The translations under genes and the position numbers were made by a program. The notes below the pieces were generated by a model. That model had not been told where the DNA came from, searched no databases, and worked only from the letters and a program-made list of their open reading frames with translations. A stretch of DNA of 64,000 nt from contig DATAXN010000054.1 in NCBI GenBank assembly GCA_036273015.1, positions 13,215 through 77,214 on the forward strand, read 5' to 3'. The number at the start of each line of letters is the position of its first letter. The stretch's first letter is position 1. Below, in pieces: positions 9,511 to 18,452 of the stretch. This DNA is from Bryobacteraceae bacterium (lineage in GTDB: Bacteria > Acidobacteriota > Terriglobia > Bryobacterales > Bryobacteraceae).

Positions 9511-9960
9511 ATGAAACCCTTTTGTGCAGCGGCGCTGATTACGGCTTCTTTCGCAGCCACCTTCATAGCCAGCGTATTCGCGCAATACAGCGGCCCGAAG
9601 ACGGTCTATATCCTTCCCATGTCCGGCGGACTGGATCAATATGTCGCGCAGTGGCTCACCAAAGACCACATCATGCAGGTGGTGGTAGATCCCAAAAGCG
9701 CGGAAGTTGTTATGACGGACCGCCTCGGTGAGGCATTCGAGCAGAAAATGAAAGAAATTCGCCCGGACAGTGACAAGAAAACGGACGAAAACCCTCGTAA
9801 TACATTCCGCACCACGAAACCCCGCGGGACGATTTTCCTGGTGGATGCCAAGTCGCGGCAGGTTCTGTGGTCCGACTATCAGAAGCCGCCGAACTCGAAT
9901 TCCGATCACGATCTGAATCGCACTGCGGAGCAGATTGCCCACAAGCTTTCGAGTAAGTGA
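9511..9960 (+). CDS. Hypothetical secreted protein
   Basis: ATG 9511 inside ORF 9361..9960 gives MKPFCAAALITASFAATFIASVFAQ (signal peptide) plus a charged 125-aa body. No family recognised. Confidence 0.5.
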   Translation: MKPFCAAALITASFAATFIASVFAQYSGPKTVYILPMSGGLDQYVAQWLTKDHIMQVVVDPKSAEVVMTDRLGEAFEQKMKEIRPDSDKKTDENPRNTFRTTKPRGTIFLVDAKSRQVLWSDYQKPPNSNSDHDLNRTAEQIAHKLSSK

Positions 9961-9984
9961 CGCCCGCTTACAGCCGTAGTTCGA

Positions 9985-12339
9985 TTATCGGCTGCCGTTG
10001 CTGAATGCGGTTCGCTTTTGCTCGATCAGATCCCGATACCTGCCGACCAGGCGTTCGGTAACAACCTGCATGTCCCAGTTCTGAGTTACCTCCTGGCGCG
10101 CACGCGCCGCCATTTCATGGGCGAGCTTACAGTTCTCGAGAAGCTCAATCACTTTGTTCGCGAAGCCCGGCGCATCGTCGGCCAGGGCGCAAAACTCACC
10201 ATCGACGCGGGCCAGTCCTTCGGCGCCAATCGCGGTCGAAACGACCGGGATGCCCGATGCGAATGCCTCCAGCAGCTTCACCCGTATTCCCGAACCGCTG
10301 CGGATGGGGCACACAAACACCGAGCAGGACGCAAACAAGGGCTGGATGTCTTCAACGAACCCCAGCAATTCGATAGCGCCGGCAGGATCGACGAGCGTAT
10401 GGCGCGGCGGAGGTTCGGAGCCGGCGACGAGAAGGCGCGCCTGAGGAATCCTGGCGACAATCAGGGGCAGCACCTCGCGAGCGAACCAATTGAGCGCAAC
10501 CAGATTCGGCACATGCCGGAAGCTGCCGAGAAACAACATTGTCCACGGTTCGCGCGGACCGCCGGGATATGAATAAACGCCGGACTCGATTCCGGCGCGC
10601 ATACCGGAGTCGATTCGCGGCGCGAGCGCGGGAAGGAAGCTCCTGAGATAGCGCTTGTTCTCCTCCGTGCAGACCTGAATATGGTCGCAGAGCGGAAGAC
10701 GCTTCAACTCGAAACGTATCGCCCGCAGGTATTCGAAACGAGCTTTGAGTCGTTCCACCGGTCCGCGCATGAACGGCACCGATCGGACGATCGACTGAAA
10801 ATAGATGTCGTGCTCGAACAAAGCACAGGCGAGACGCTCGAAGCGCCGCGCGTATTGGGCCATCGGCGTGTATTCGAGCTGGATTACATCAATGCCGTGC
10901 AGCAGAGTCTGACGCTGGATGAGCCACTCGATCCTGGGCCGCTGAAACTCATGGACGGCATGCGGCGTGATCGACGCGAGGTGAGGGTCGCGATCGGACG
11001 TGCGCACATAGAGCTCGACGGTCCGGCAGTAGCGAAGCAACTCCTCCTGAGCCGGCGCTTCGGAAGCATAGTCGAGCATCACGATGGCGTGAACATCGCA
11101 GGATCGCGCCAGTTCGCGAAGGGTGTAATACATGAACACACCGCCGCCGTGCGTCGGTGGGCAGATGGGATAGGGCGAAACGAAGAGTACGCGAGGGCGG
11201 TCGGGACGAGATGGGAGCGTTTCGAAACGGTCGCGGAAATAAGCGGGTTGAGAGCGGCGGAAGGCTTCGGTGTCGTCCACCACAGCCAGGCTGCGCGCTC
11301 TCCAGCGCGATCTGAGGGTCTGTGGGAGTTGCCGAAAGGCGCGCAGAATTGCGCCCCCGCTGGTCCGCGCAGGTGAATATCCGGACCAGGCGGTGACAAT
11401 CGCGGCGCCAAAAGAAAAAAAGAAGTGCCCGCCCAGACGACGCCATTCGTGAATATTCTTCCAGCAGAAGAGCAGGATATTCTTCCGCACAACCGACCGG
11501 ATGAATTTCTCGTTGAAATTTGTGCCGATGGTTGCGCGATGCTCGTGATGCACGACGCTCGCGGGCTGATAGAGAACTTTCCAGCCACGTTTCCACGCCA
11601 GATAGCCGATGTCGGTGTCTTCGAGATAGAACGGCGCGAGGAGCGGATCGAAGCCGCCCAGTTCGAGAAACTTCCGGCGATCGAACGCGCACGATCCGCC
11701 GCCACCGTAGAAACAGGGGAATAAACGGTCGATGGCCGGGTCTTCGGTATGTCCTACCCAAAGGGCGCCGTCGCGCCACAAGCCATGTGTCAAGCCGGTT
11801 TCTTCGCGGCGCTTCGCGTGGTCTGCGAGGAAGATCTGGCAGGAGACGGCGAATACCTTTTCGTCGGTAAAGCCCGCGAGAAGCGGCGCGAGAAAATCCG
11901 GCTCGACCCGCATATCGCTGTTGAGAAGAACGACGACATCGTTCCTCGCGGCCTCGAAGCCGGCGTTGGATCCGCCGCCGAAGCCCAGATTTTCGGGGAG
12001 CGCCAGCACACGGACTTCCGGATAGTTTTCCCTAATCCACAACGCGCTGCCGTCAGTCGACCCGTTATCGACGACGATGATTTCGCTCTCCGGATGATTT
12101 GCCGTCGCGGCAACCCAGGAAGGCAGAAAACGTTCGAGCAGGTCCTTGCCGTTCCAGTTGGGGATCACGAGAGATGCGGCGCTTACGTCCGTTTGGGTGT
12201 CCGCGCGCCCGCGGCGGCGGCCCGCGATGAGCCAAAAGAAATCCGTGGCGGCGAGAGCGGCCATTGAGATGACGAGGAGGAGCGGCGCCAGAAGCAGGGA
12301 GGGCAGCCCGCGAACGAAACGCAGGATGGATTGTTTCAT
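9985..12339 (-). CDS. Large bifunctional glycosyltransferase: TM anchor + GT2 domain + GT4 (GT-B) domain
   Basis: 784 aa. GT2 part: LVIPNWNGKDLL, IIVVDNGSTDGS, GFGGGSNAG, NSDMRVEPDF, YLEDTDIGYLAWKRG. GT4 part: GSGIRVKLLEAFASGIPVVST. Confidence 0.85.
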   Translation of the reverse strand: MKQSILRFVRGLPSLLLAPLLLVISMAALAATDFFWLIAGRRRGRADTQTDVSAASLVIPNWNGKDLLERFLPSWVAATANHPESEIIVVDNGSTDGSALWIRENYPEVRVLALPENLGFGGGSNAGFEAARNDVVVLLNSDMRVEPDFLAPLLAGFTDEKVFAVSCQIFLADHAKRREETGLTHGLWRDGALWVGHTEDPAIDRLFPCFYGGGGSCAFDRRKFLELGGFDPLLAPFYLEDTDIGYLAWKRGWKVLYQPASVVHHEHRATIGTNFNEKFIRSVVRKNILLFCWKNIHEWRRLGGHFFFSFGAAIVTAWSGYSPARTSGGAILRAFRQLPQTLRSRWRARSLAVVDDTEAFRRSQPAYFRDRFETLPSRPDRPRVLFVSPYPICPPTHGGGVFMYYTLRELARSCDVHAIVMLDYASEAPAQEELLRYCRTVELYVRTSDRDPHLASITPHAVHEFQRPRIEWLIQRQTLLHGIDVIQLEYTPMAQYARRFERLACALFEHDIYFQSIVRSVPFMRGPVERLKARFEYLRAIRFELKRLPLCDHIQVCTEENKRYLRSFLPALAPRIDSGMRAGIESGVYSYPGGPREPWTMLFLGSFRHVPNLVALNWFAREVLPLIVARIPQARLLVAGSEPPPRHTLVDPAGAIELLGFVEDIQPLFASCSVFVCPIRSGSGIRVKLLEAFASGIPVVSTAIGAEGLARVDGEFCALADDAPGFANKVIELLENCKLAHEMAARARQEVTQNWDMQVVTERLVGRYRDLIEQKRTAFSNGSR

Positions 12340-13493
12340 TCCGCGTTACCGGCAGAGTTACCGGGGACTTCACGGGACAGGAATCCAAGACGGCGGCCCA
12401 GACGAACCCACTTCTCTTCTTCAAGGGCCGCGAGCCGGGCGCGCAATCGCTCAATCTCCGCGTCGAGCGATTGAGCCCATGCGGTGCGTTCGGCGATGGT
12501 CTTATCGAGACGCGCAATCTCGGCGGAGCCGTCCGCGATCTGAGCTTCGAGATCGTGAATCCAATTGAGGCGCACATCCGCTTCCGACTCGAGCCGGGAT
12601 ATGGCCGCTCTGGCGGCTTCGACCTCGCTGTCCTGGTGCGCCGCCCACCGGTTATGTTCATCAAGCTCCGCCAGGACGCGCTCGTGCTCCTTCTGTACTT
12701 TGGCCAGAGAATCAACGGCTTCGGCGAGCCATTTGTTCTTCTGCTCCAGCTCGGATTCGAGCAGCGCTATGTGATGCTGACGTTCGCGTAGAACGTTTCC
12801 CGCGGATGGCAGCCATGCAAAGGCGCGGGTGTTCGCTATCGGCGACGAACTGCACGCCGCGAGGAAGAAATGCGCCTGCTCGGGTACGGCGTCCGCCGGC
12901 GCGTCCAAAACTCCGTCACAGGATGGTGCGGCAGAGACGAATGAAATCGCTTCGGAATGATTCTGGTTCCAGATGTGAACGTGCGGAAACTCGGCTTTGA
13001 GCGCCGTTTCAAACTCACTGTATTCGAACTCGTGGACGTGATACGGATTCGGGCCCGCCGCAGCGCGCGATTCAGCATACCAGGCTATGTTGGGGGTCGA
13101 TACCAGCAGAACGCCGGATGGCCCGAGCACCCGACGCGTTTCGGCCAGCATTTCCCGCCAGCGCTCAATATGCTCGATGACCTCAAATGCCACGACGAGA
13201 TCGAAGGCCGCATCGGCAAAGGGCAGTGACTCGCAGGCGCCCTGCAGGAAGTGAACGCCGGGTCGCGAGAATATGCCACGGGCGTGAGAGGTCGCTTCCG
13301 CCGAGAAATCCATGGCGACCACGGAAGCCGCACTCGCGAACTCCGCAGTGCCGTAGCCGCTGCCGCAGCCGGCATCGAGAACGCGACAGCCTTCCGCGAA
13401 GCGCGCGGCGAACCGGTAGCGGGCGAGATGCTCGTTGAACAGATTGGGATCGACGAGACCGGGTATGACGCGCTCGCCGGTGAATTCAAGCAA
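12336..13493 (-). CDS. Class I SAM-dependent methyltransferase with about 150-aa C-terminal coiled coil (WbdD-like architecture)
   Basis: 385 aa. VLDAGCGSGYGT (motif I), VVAFEVIEHI. The C-terminal third is heptad-like, LESELEQKNKWLAEAVDSLAKVQKEHERVLAELDE...IERLRARLAALEEE. The 4-nt and 8-nt overlaps with its neighbours indicate translational coupling. Confidence 0.8.
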   Translation of the reverse strand: MLEFTGERVIPGLVDPNLFNEHLARYRFAARFAEGCRVLDAGCGSGYGTAEFASAASVVAMDFSAEATSHARGIFSRPGVHFLQGACESLPFADAAFDLVVAFEVIEHIERWREMLAETRRVLGPSGVLLVSTPNIAWYAESRAAAGPNPYHVHEFEYSEFETALKAEFPHVHIWNQNHSEAISFVSAAPSCDGVLDAPADAVPEQAHFFLAACSSSPIANTRAFAWLPSAGNVLRERQHHIALLESELEQKNKWLAEAVDSLAKVQKEHERVLAELDEHNRWAAHQDSEVEAARAAISRLESEADVRLNWIHDLEAQIADGSAEIARLDKTIAERTAWAQSLDAEIERLRARLAALEEEKWVRLGRRLGFLSREVPGNSAGNAE

Positions 13494-14838
13494 GACGCGA
13501 CTCTCCCTGTCCGGCTGCGCTCAGGTCCGCCGCGCTGAACTCAGCTTTAGTCAATTCGCCCCTGCGCAGTTCGATCCTGCACGGAAGCTGAATATAGCCG
13601 TACACCGGCCCCTCGCCGCGCGCCATCTGAACCGTAATGGCGTTGTCGATCCAATCGCAAACGCGCCTCCCGGTCTCTCCAGCCAGAACATCGGAAACTG
13701 ATGGCGAAAAGGAGAAAGTACCGGGATAAAACTCGGGGATGTCGAACTGGAAATCCACCGTGGAAACCTGGCCTGCGTGCATTGGCGGGAGGCTGCGTCC
13801 CTCGCGTTCCGTATCTGTGTCGGTGAAGTCGAGGCCGAGATGATTGCGAAGCATGAAACCGGCGACTGGCTGCTTCAAATCTTCGTTGGCGCGGAAACTG
13901 ATGCGGATCACGATGCGGCTGTTCGGCATCATCAGATGTACCGGCTCGGCAAATTCGTTTAGAACGGCAATGCCGAGGATATCGGCGCGGCCATCGCCGT
14001 GACGGTGGTCAACGTTGGGGATGGATTCGACTACCGGTACACTCGCCGTTGCGGCCGGTAAAGCCGCGCCCGCTGGTGCGATTGCCTTTGGGCCACAGCT
14101 TTCTTCGCCCCTGGCTGCCATCGCGGCGAGATACAGAGGAAGAACGACGCTCGTCTCGCCGATCGCAATCGGGCTTCCGTGCTCGAGCCAAAGGACGTGG
14201 TCGCCAACGGCCTGCACGTCGGCAATGGCGTGCGACACAAAAACGATCGTGACGCCGCGGGCGCGCAGTTCGTGAACCTTGCGCATGCAGCGATGCCGGA
14301 AGTACGTGTCGCCGACCGCGAGCGCCTCATCGACGAGGAGAACTTCCGGATCGACATTGATAGCCACTGCAAACGCCAGACGCATCGCCATGCCGCTTGA
14401 GTATGTTTTCACGGGCTGACGAATGAAATCGCCAATCTCGGCGAACTCTTCAATCGCCGGATAACGCCGATCGATTTCCCTCCGTGAGAGGCCCAGAATG
14501 GCCGCGTTGAGATAGACGTTGTCACGGCCGGTGAATTCGGGATTGAAACCGGAACCCAGTTCCAGCAGCGCAGAGACTCGCCCTTCGACCCGGGCCGAAC
14601 CGTGCGACGGCTGCGTGATGCCGGCAATGATCTGCAGGGTGGTGCTTTTGCCCGAACCATTTTCGCCGACGATGCAGAAGACCTCGCCGCGTTTGATGGT
14701 AAAGCTCAGGTCGCGGAGCGCCCAGAAATCGCGGTGCCGGGAGCGCCGTCCGAACGAGAGGAGTTCACCCAGGCGATGGCCGGGTTTGTCGTAGATGGCA
14801 TAGCCTTTGGAGACGTGCTCGAACTCGACGGCATTCAC
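13486..14838 (-). CDS. wzt: Polysaccharide-export ABC transporter ATP-binding protein (Wzt/TagH type) with C-terminal glycan-binding-type domain
   Basis: 450 aa. Walker A GENGSGKST, signature YSSGMAMRLAFA, Walker B LLVDEALAVGD. About 170 aa of extra C-terminal beta-rich domain (ILGIAVLNEF...FSFSPSVSD) as in Wzt_C. Confidence 0.85.
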   Translation of the reverse strand: MNAVEFEHVSKGYAIYDKPGHRLGELLSFGRRSRHRDFWALRDLSFTIKRGEVFCIVGENGSGKSTTLQIIAGITQPSHGSARVEGRVSALLELGSGFNPEFTGRDNVYLNAAILGLSRREIDRRYPAIEEFAEIGDFIRQPVKTYSSGMAMRLAFAVAINVDPEVLLVDEALAVGDTYFRHRCMRKVHELRARGVTIVFVSHAIADVQAVGDHVLWLEHGSPIAIGETSVVLPLYLAAMAARGEESCGPKAIAPAGAALPAATASVPVVESIPNVDHRHGDGRADILGIAVLNEFAEPVHLMMPNSRIVIRISFRANEDLKQPVAGFMLRNHLGLDFTDTDTEREGRSLPPMHAGQVSTVDFQFDIPEFYPGTFSFSPSVSDVLAGETGRRVCDWIDNAITVQMARGEGPVYGYIQLPCRIELRRGELTKAEFSAADLSAAGQGESRLA

Positions 14839-14961
14839 GGAATTTTCAGTTTATACTTTAACGGTCTATTCAGAGACTTGGCGTCAGGAGCCCAAGTGGC
14901 TCAGGTTGTTGGATCGGCTTGCAGCCCGCGCTCCCGGCGCCGGCTCAGTAACAAGCAGCGC

Positions 14962-15168
14962 TCAGCGTGGGGTGTTGGCGCGACGCGGAGGCGCTTCGTC
15001 ACCCTCCCACTGCGCAGCGGCAACTTTCGCCAGTCGGTTCATCCCGAAGAAGATGGATCCAAACACTACCGCAACCGCTCCGCCCAGCAGCAGAGCGCCG
15101 AACAGGGCCAATACGACCCAGGCAATCGTCCATGTCGCCAGCAGGGAAAGTAAGAGATCCAACCCCAA
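14962..15168 (-). CDS. Possible small two-TM membrane protein
   Basis: 68-aa ORF on the operon strand between the FkbM gene and wzt. Two hydrophobic helices (LLLSLLATWTIAWVVLALFGALLLGGAVAVVFGSIFF). No homology recognised. Confidence 0.3.
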   Translation of the reverse strand: MGLDLLLSLLATWTIAWVVLALFGALLLGGAVAVVFGSIFFGMNRLAKVAAAQWEGDEAPPRRANTPR

Positions 15169-15219
15169 TAGTAGCCGGGCTGTTCCGGCGGCGCAGCCGT
15201 TGGCGCCTCGCCGCGAAGG

Positions 15220-15957
15220 TTATTTTGACGAGAACAGCGCATCCACACACAGAAGCTCGCCGTCCGAACCGCGGAAACAATCTTCCAGGTCTGTGAGTTT
15301 GAAGCCGTGATCGCGGCAGAGCTTAATCATGCCCTCAATGGTTACGCAGCCTTCATATAAAGGCTGAAGGCTCAGTTCCATCCAGATCAGCCCGGTGCGG
15401 CGCAGGACGTCGGCCGCGCCCGCGAGAGCAAGGCCTTCCGCTCCCTGCACGTCAATCTTCAGAAGATCGATAAATCCGTCGAAACGATGAGCGGCGCAAA
15501 GATTATCCAGCGTGGAAGCCTGCACCTGAATCCGCTCTCTGACGCCGAGGTCGATTGCGTCGGTAACCGTAGGTATGTCCCGCCGCACGGGAAGTATGGA
15601 GGAACTGTAGTCCCAGTTCAGAATATCCATTTCAATCGTCGATTCTTCGGACGAGACGGCCGCGCAGGCAAAAGAGAACCGATTGCCGGGCAGCTTCGCC
15701 TTCATTGTTTCGATCCGTTTGGGCTGAGGCTCAATGAGAAGCGCCTTTTGGATGCCGCAATATCGATCCAGGACGCTCGTGAAGCTTCCGGTCGATGCGC
15801 CGAGGTCAATCAGCGTGATCGGCCGCTTTCTCGGCAGAACCTTCATCAGGGAGATCGGAACGTCGAACCGGCTCATGGGGATGTTGAACATGGCGGCGGC
15901 GCTTTCCTTCACCCACCGTTTGAGTCCAAAGGGCAAATAGCGCTTGATCGATGGCAC
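15220..15957 (-). CDS. FkbM-family methyltransferase
   Basis: 245 aa. LIDLGASTGSFT and IDLLKIDVQGAEGLAL are typical FkbM motifs. Confidence 0.8.
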   Translation of the reverse strand: MPSIKRYLPFGLKRWVKESAAAMFNIPMSRFDVPISLMKVLPRKRPITLIDLGASTGSFTSVLDRYCGIQKALLIEPQPKRIETMKAKLPGNRFSFACAAVSSEESTIEMDILNWDYSSSILPVRRDIPTVTDAIDLGVRERIQVQASTLDNLCAAHRFDGFIDLLKIDVQGAEGLALAGAADVLRRTGLIWMELSLQPLYEGCVTIEGMIKLCRDHGFKLTDLEDCFRGSDGELLCVDALFSSK

Positions 15958-16042
15958 GGGTCGATTCTAGCGCAGCAGCTTCCATCCGGCCCATGAACAA
16001 GGCGCGCGGAGTGTTTCATACTGGAACATTCTGCGCCGAATA

Positions 16043-17431
16043 TTGTTTTTCTCCGGATTGTTCGTACTGCTGCTGACCGCGCACCTGTGCGAGTCCGGAG
16101 TGCTTTGGGCCGAAGAGACGCTACCCCTTGCGGCGGCGCTGCGGATGCTGCACGGCAGCGCGCTTTACCGCGATATCTGGTTCGACAAACCGCCGCTGGT
16201 TCCCGCGGTGTATCTGCTGTGGGGAGCAAAGATCGGGTGGGTATTGCGCGTTGCGGGCGCCGTCTACGCGTGGCTGGCCTGCGTGCCGGCATATGCGTTC
16301 GCAGAAGGACTTTGGTCGCGCCGCGAAGGATATTGGGCGGCCGCGCTCATGGGATTCTTTCTGACCTTCGACACGCATTCGGCGGTCCTGCCGTTGGCGG
16401 CCGATCTGTTGTTGCTCGCGCCGCATCTCGCGGCGTTGCTGCTGGTCTTGCGGAAACAGTTCTTTTGGGGCGGACTCGCCGCGGGCATCGGATTTCTGTT
16501 CAACGCGAAGGGCGTTTTCGTGCTGGCGGCATGCCTGGTGTTCCTCTGGCCCAACGCGATGTCACTGATCCCGCTGCTTGTGGGCTTTGCGGTCCCGAAC
16601 CTCGCCGCCGCGGGATGGCTGGCGGCTACCGGGTCACTCGGGCCGTATCTCGATCAGGTCTGGCGCTGGCCGGCGCAGTATACGGGAAGTCCGGTGGTAG
16701 CGGACCCGGTGTGGAACGGAGCGATCCGAACCGCGAACTGGCTGGGCTTTCATGCGGTGCTCGTGATCGGGGCCGGCTGGTTCTGGTTGCGAGGGGAGAC
16801 AAAGAATCGCTGGAAATTTGCAATGTGGGCGGCGATTTGCGCCGTCGGCGTGGTGTTGGGCTGGCGTTTCTTTCCCCGATACTATTTCCTGCTGCTGCCG
16901 GCCCTGACAATTCCCGCAGCGCGCGGGCTGTCGTTGATCCGCAACCGAGTCGCTATTGTCTGCGTGGCAATCGCGATGGCGGTTCCGGTGGCACGATTCG
17001 GCCCGCGATACGCCATGCTGACGAACTGGAACGATCTCGCGCTCGACCGGGACAGCCGTGAGGCCTCGCGAATCGCGCTGCAGATCGCGCCGCCGGGCAG
17101 TTCGCTTTACGTGTGGGGCTATCGACCGGAAGATTACGTGTACACCGGCTTGCGACCTGCTACCCGTTACCTCGAAAGCCAGGCGATGACGGGCGTGCCG
17201 GCGGATCGGCATCTGACGCAGTCGACGGTTGTCCTGACAGCGGGGACACACGAGGCGCGGGAAGAACTGGCGCACTCGCAGCCCGACGTTCTGATCGACG
17301 GACTGAGCCTCTATAACCCGGCGCTGTCGATGGACCGCTATCCCGAACTGCGCGAATGGTTGAAAGGATACAAGGAGTCGGCGAGGACTACGGGGTCCGT
17401 CATATATCTCCGGCGTACAATCGGACGGTGA
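16043..17431 (+). CDS. Polytopic GT-C-fold membrane protein (ArnT/PMT, GT39-like glycosyltransferase)
   Basis: 462 aa, TTG start, about 9-11 hydrophobic helices. First periplasmic loop LYRDIWFDKPPL is typical of GT-C enzymes. Soluble C-terminal domain of about 130 aa. Confidence 0.6.
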   Translation: MFFSGLFVLLLTAHLCESGVLWAEETLPLAAALRMLHGSALYRDIWFDKPPLVPAVYLLWGAKIGWVLRVAGAVYAWLACVPAYAFAEGLWSRREGYWAAALMGFFLTFDTHSAVLPLAADLLLLAPHLAALLLVLRKQFFWGGLAAGIGFLFNAKGVFVLAACLVFLWPNAMSLIPLLVGFAVPNLAAAGWLAATGSLGPYLDQVWRWPAQYTGSPVVADPVWNGAIRTANWLGFHAVLVIGAGWFWLRGETKNRWKFAMWAAICAVGVVLGWRFFPRYYFLLLPALTIPAARGLSLIRNRVAIVCVAIAMAVPVARFGPRYAMLTNWNDLALDRDSREASRIALQIAPPGSSLYVWGYRPEDYVYTGLRPATRYLESQAMTGVPADRHLTQSTVVLTAGTHEAREELAHSQPDVLIDGLSLYNPALSMDRYPELREWLKGYKESARTTGSVIYLRRTIGR

Positions 17432-18405
17432 GTCTCAAAAAGCGGATTCTGGTTACAGGAGGGGCCGGTTACATCGGGTCACACACCACGTTGGAGCTGC
17501 TGGATGCAGGTTACGACGTGGTGGTAGTGGATAATCTTTGCCGTGGCCATCGCGAAGCGGTGGATCCTGCGCGCCTGCGCGTGGTCGACCTGCTCGATAC
17601 AGACGGGCTGATCAGGGTGATGAACGAGGCGCCCTGCGACGCGGTGATTCATTTCGCGGCATTCAGCTCGGTTGCGGAATCGATGAAGGCTCCCGAGATA
17701 TATTTTCGTAACAATGCGGGCGGGACCCTCTCTCTGCTGATGGCGATGATGAAAGCGGGAATCGGAAAGATTGTGTTCTCGTCTACCGCCGCGGTTTACG
17801 GAATGCCGGAAAACGTTCCGATTCCCGAGTCTGAACCCAACTTGCCCGTGAACGCGTACGGCGAGTCGAAGGTGATGTCCGAGAAGCTGCTGGAGTGGTT
17901 TGACCGGATCCACGGAATGAAGAGCGTCTGCCTGCGTTATTTCAACGCCGCCGGCGGCGACCCGAAAGGACGCACGGGTGAGGACCACGAGCCGGAGACG
18001 CACCTGATCCCGCTTATCTTCCGCGCCCTTCAGACAGGCAAACCCATCACGCTTTTCGGCAACGATTATGCGACACCGGACGGGACCTGCATTCGCGACT
18101 ATATCCACGTAACCGACCTCGCCCAGGCGCACATCGCGGCCGTGGAATGGCTGTTCGGCGGAGGGGAATCGAAGAAATATAACGTCGGGACGGGCTGCGG
18201 CTACTCGGTGAAGGCAGTATTGAATGCCGTGGAGAAAGTCACCGGCAAGAAAGCGCCGTTTCAAATGGGTTCGCGACGCGACGGGGATCCACCCACGCTG
18301 GTGGCGGACTCGTCGCGATTGCAGCGCGAACTAGGGTGGAAACCGGAATATGCGGAGCTCGAGCGGATCGTAGAAACGGCCTGGGCTTGGGAGAACCGCA
18401 AGTAA
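17428..18405 (+). CDS. galE: UDP-glucose 4-epimerase
   Basis: Rossmann motif ILVTGGAGYIGSH and catalytic YGESK. Start set at GTG 17428 (GTGA overlap with the preceding stop) rather than ATG 17356. Confidence 0.9.
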   Translation: MSLKKRILVTGGAGYIGSHTTLELLDAGYDVVVVDNLCRGHREAVDPARLRVVDLLDTDGLIRVMNEAPCDAVIHFAAFSSVAESMKAPEIYFRNNAGGTLSLLMAMMKAGIGKIVFSSTAAVYGMPENVPIPESEPNLPVNAYGESKVMSEKLLEWFDRIHGMKSVCLRYFNAAGGDPKGRTGEDHEPETHLIPLIFRALQTGKPITLFGNDYATPDGTCIRDYIHVTDLAQAHIAAVEWLFGGGESKKYNVGTGCGYSVKAVLNAVEKVTGKKAPFQMGSRRDGDPPTLVADSSRLQRELGWKPEYAELERIVETAWAWENRK

Positions 18406-18412
18406 AGACTGG

Positions 18413-18435
18413 ACGCGGCGGGTAGCCGCGTGTCC
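18413..18435. terminator. Conserved 23-nt hairpin element, copy 1 (putative bidirectional terminator)
   Basis: ACGCGGCGGGTAGCCGCGTGTCC: 7-bp stem ACGCGGC/GCCGCGT, 5-nt loop, then TTATTT. Lies between convergent galE and gene 18453..19256. Near-identical copies at 48642 and 53983. Confidence 0.5.
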
Positions 18436-18452
18436 TTATTTCGGGACTGTTC

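Noticed and set aside
16087-17061. 324-aa plus-strand ORF overlapping the GT-C gene in another frame
   Set aside because: The translation is Arg/Gly/Ala-rich with no hydrophobic helices, whereas the 16043 frame gives a coherent polytopic membrane protein.
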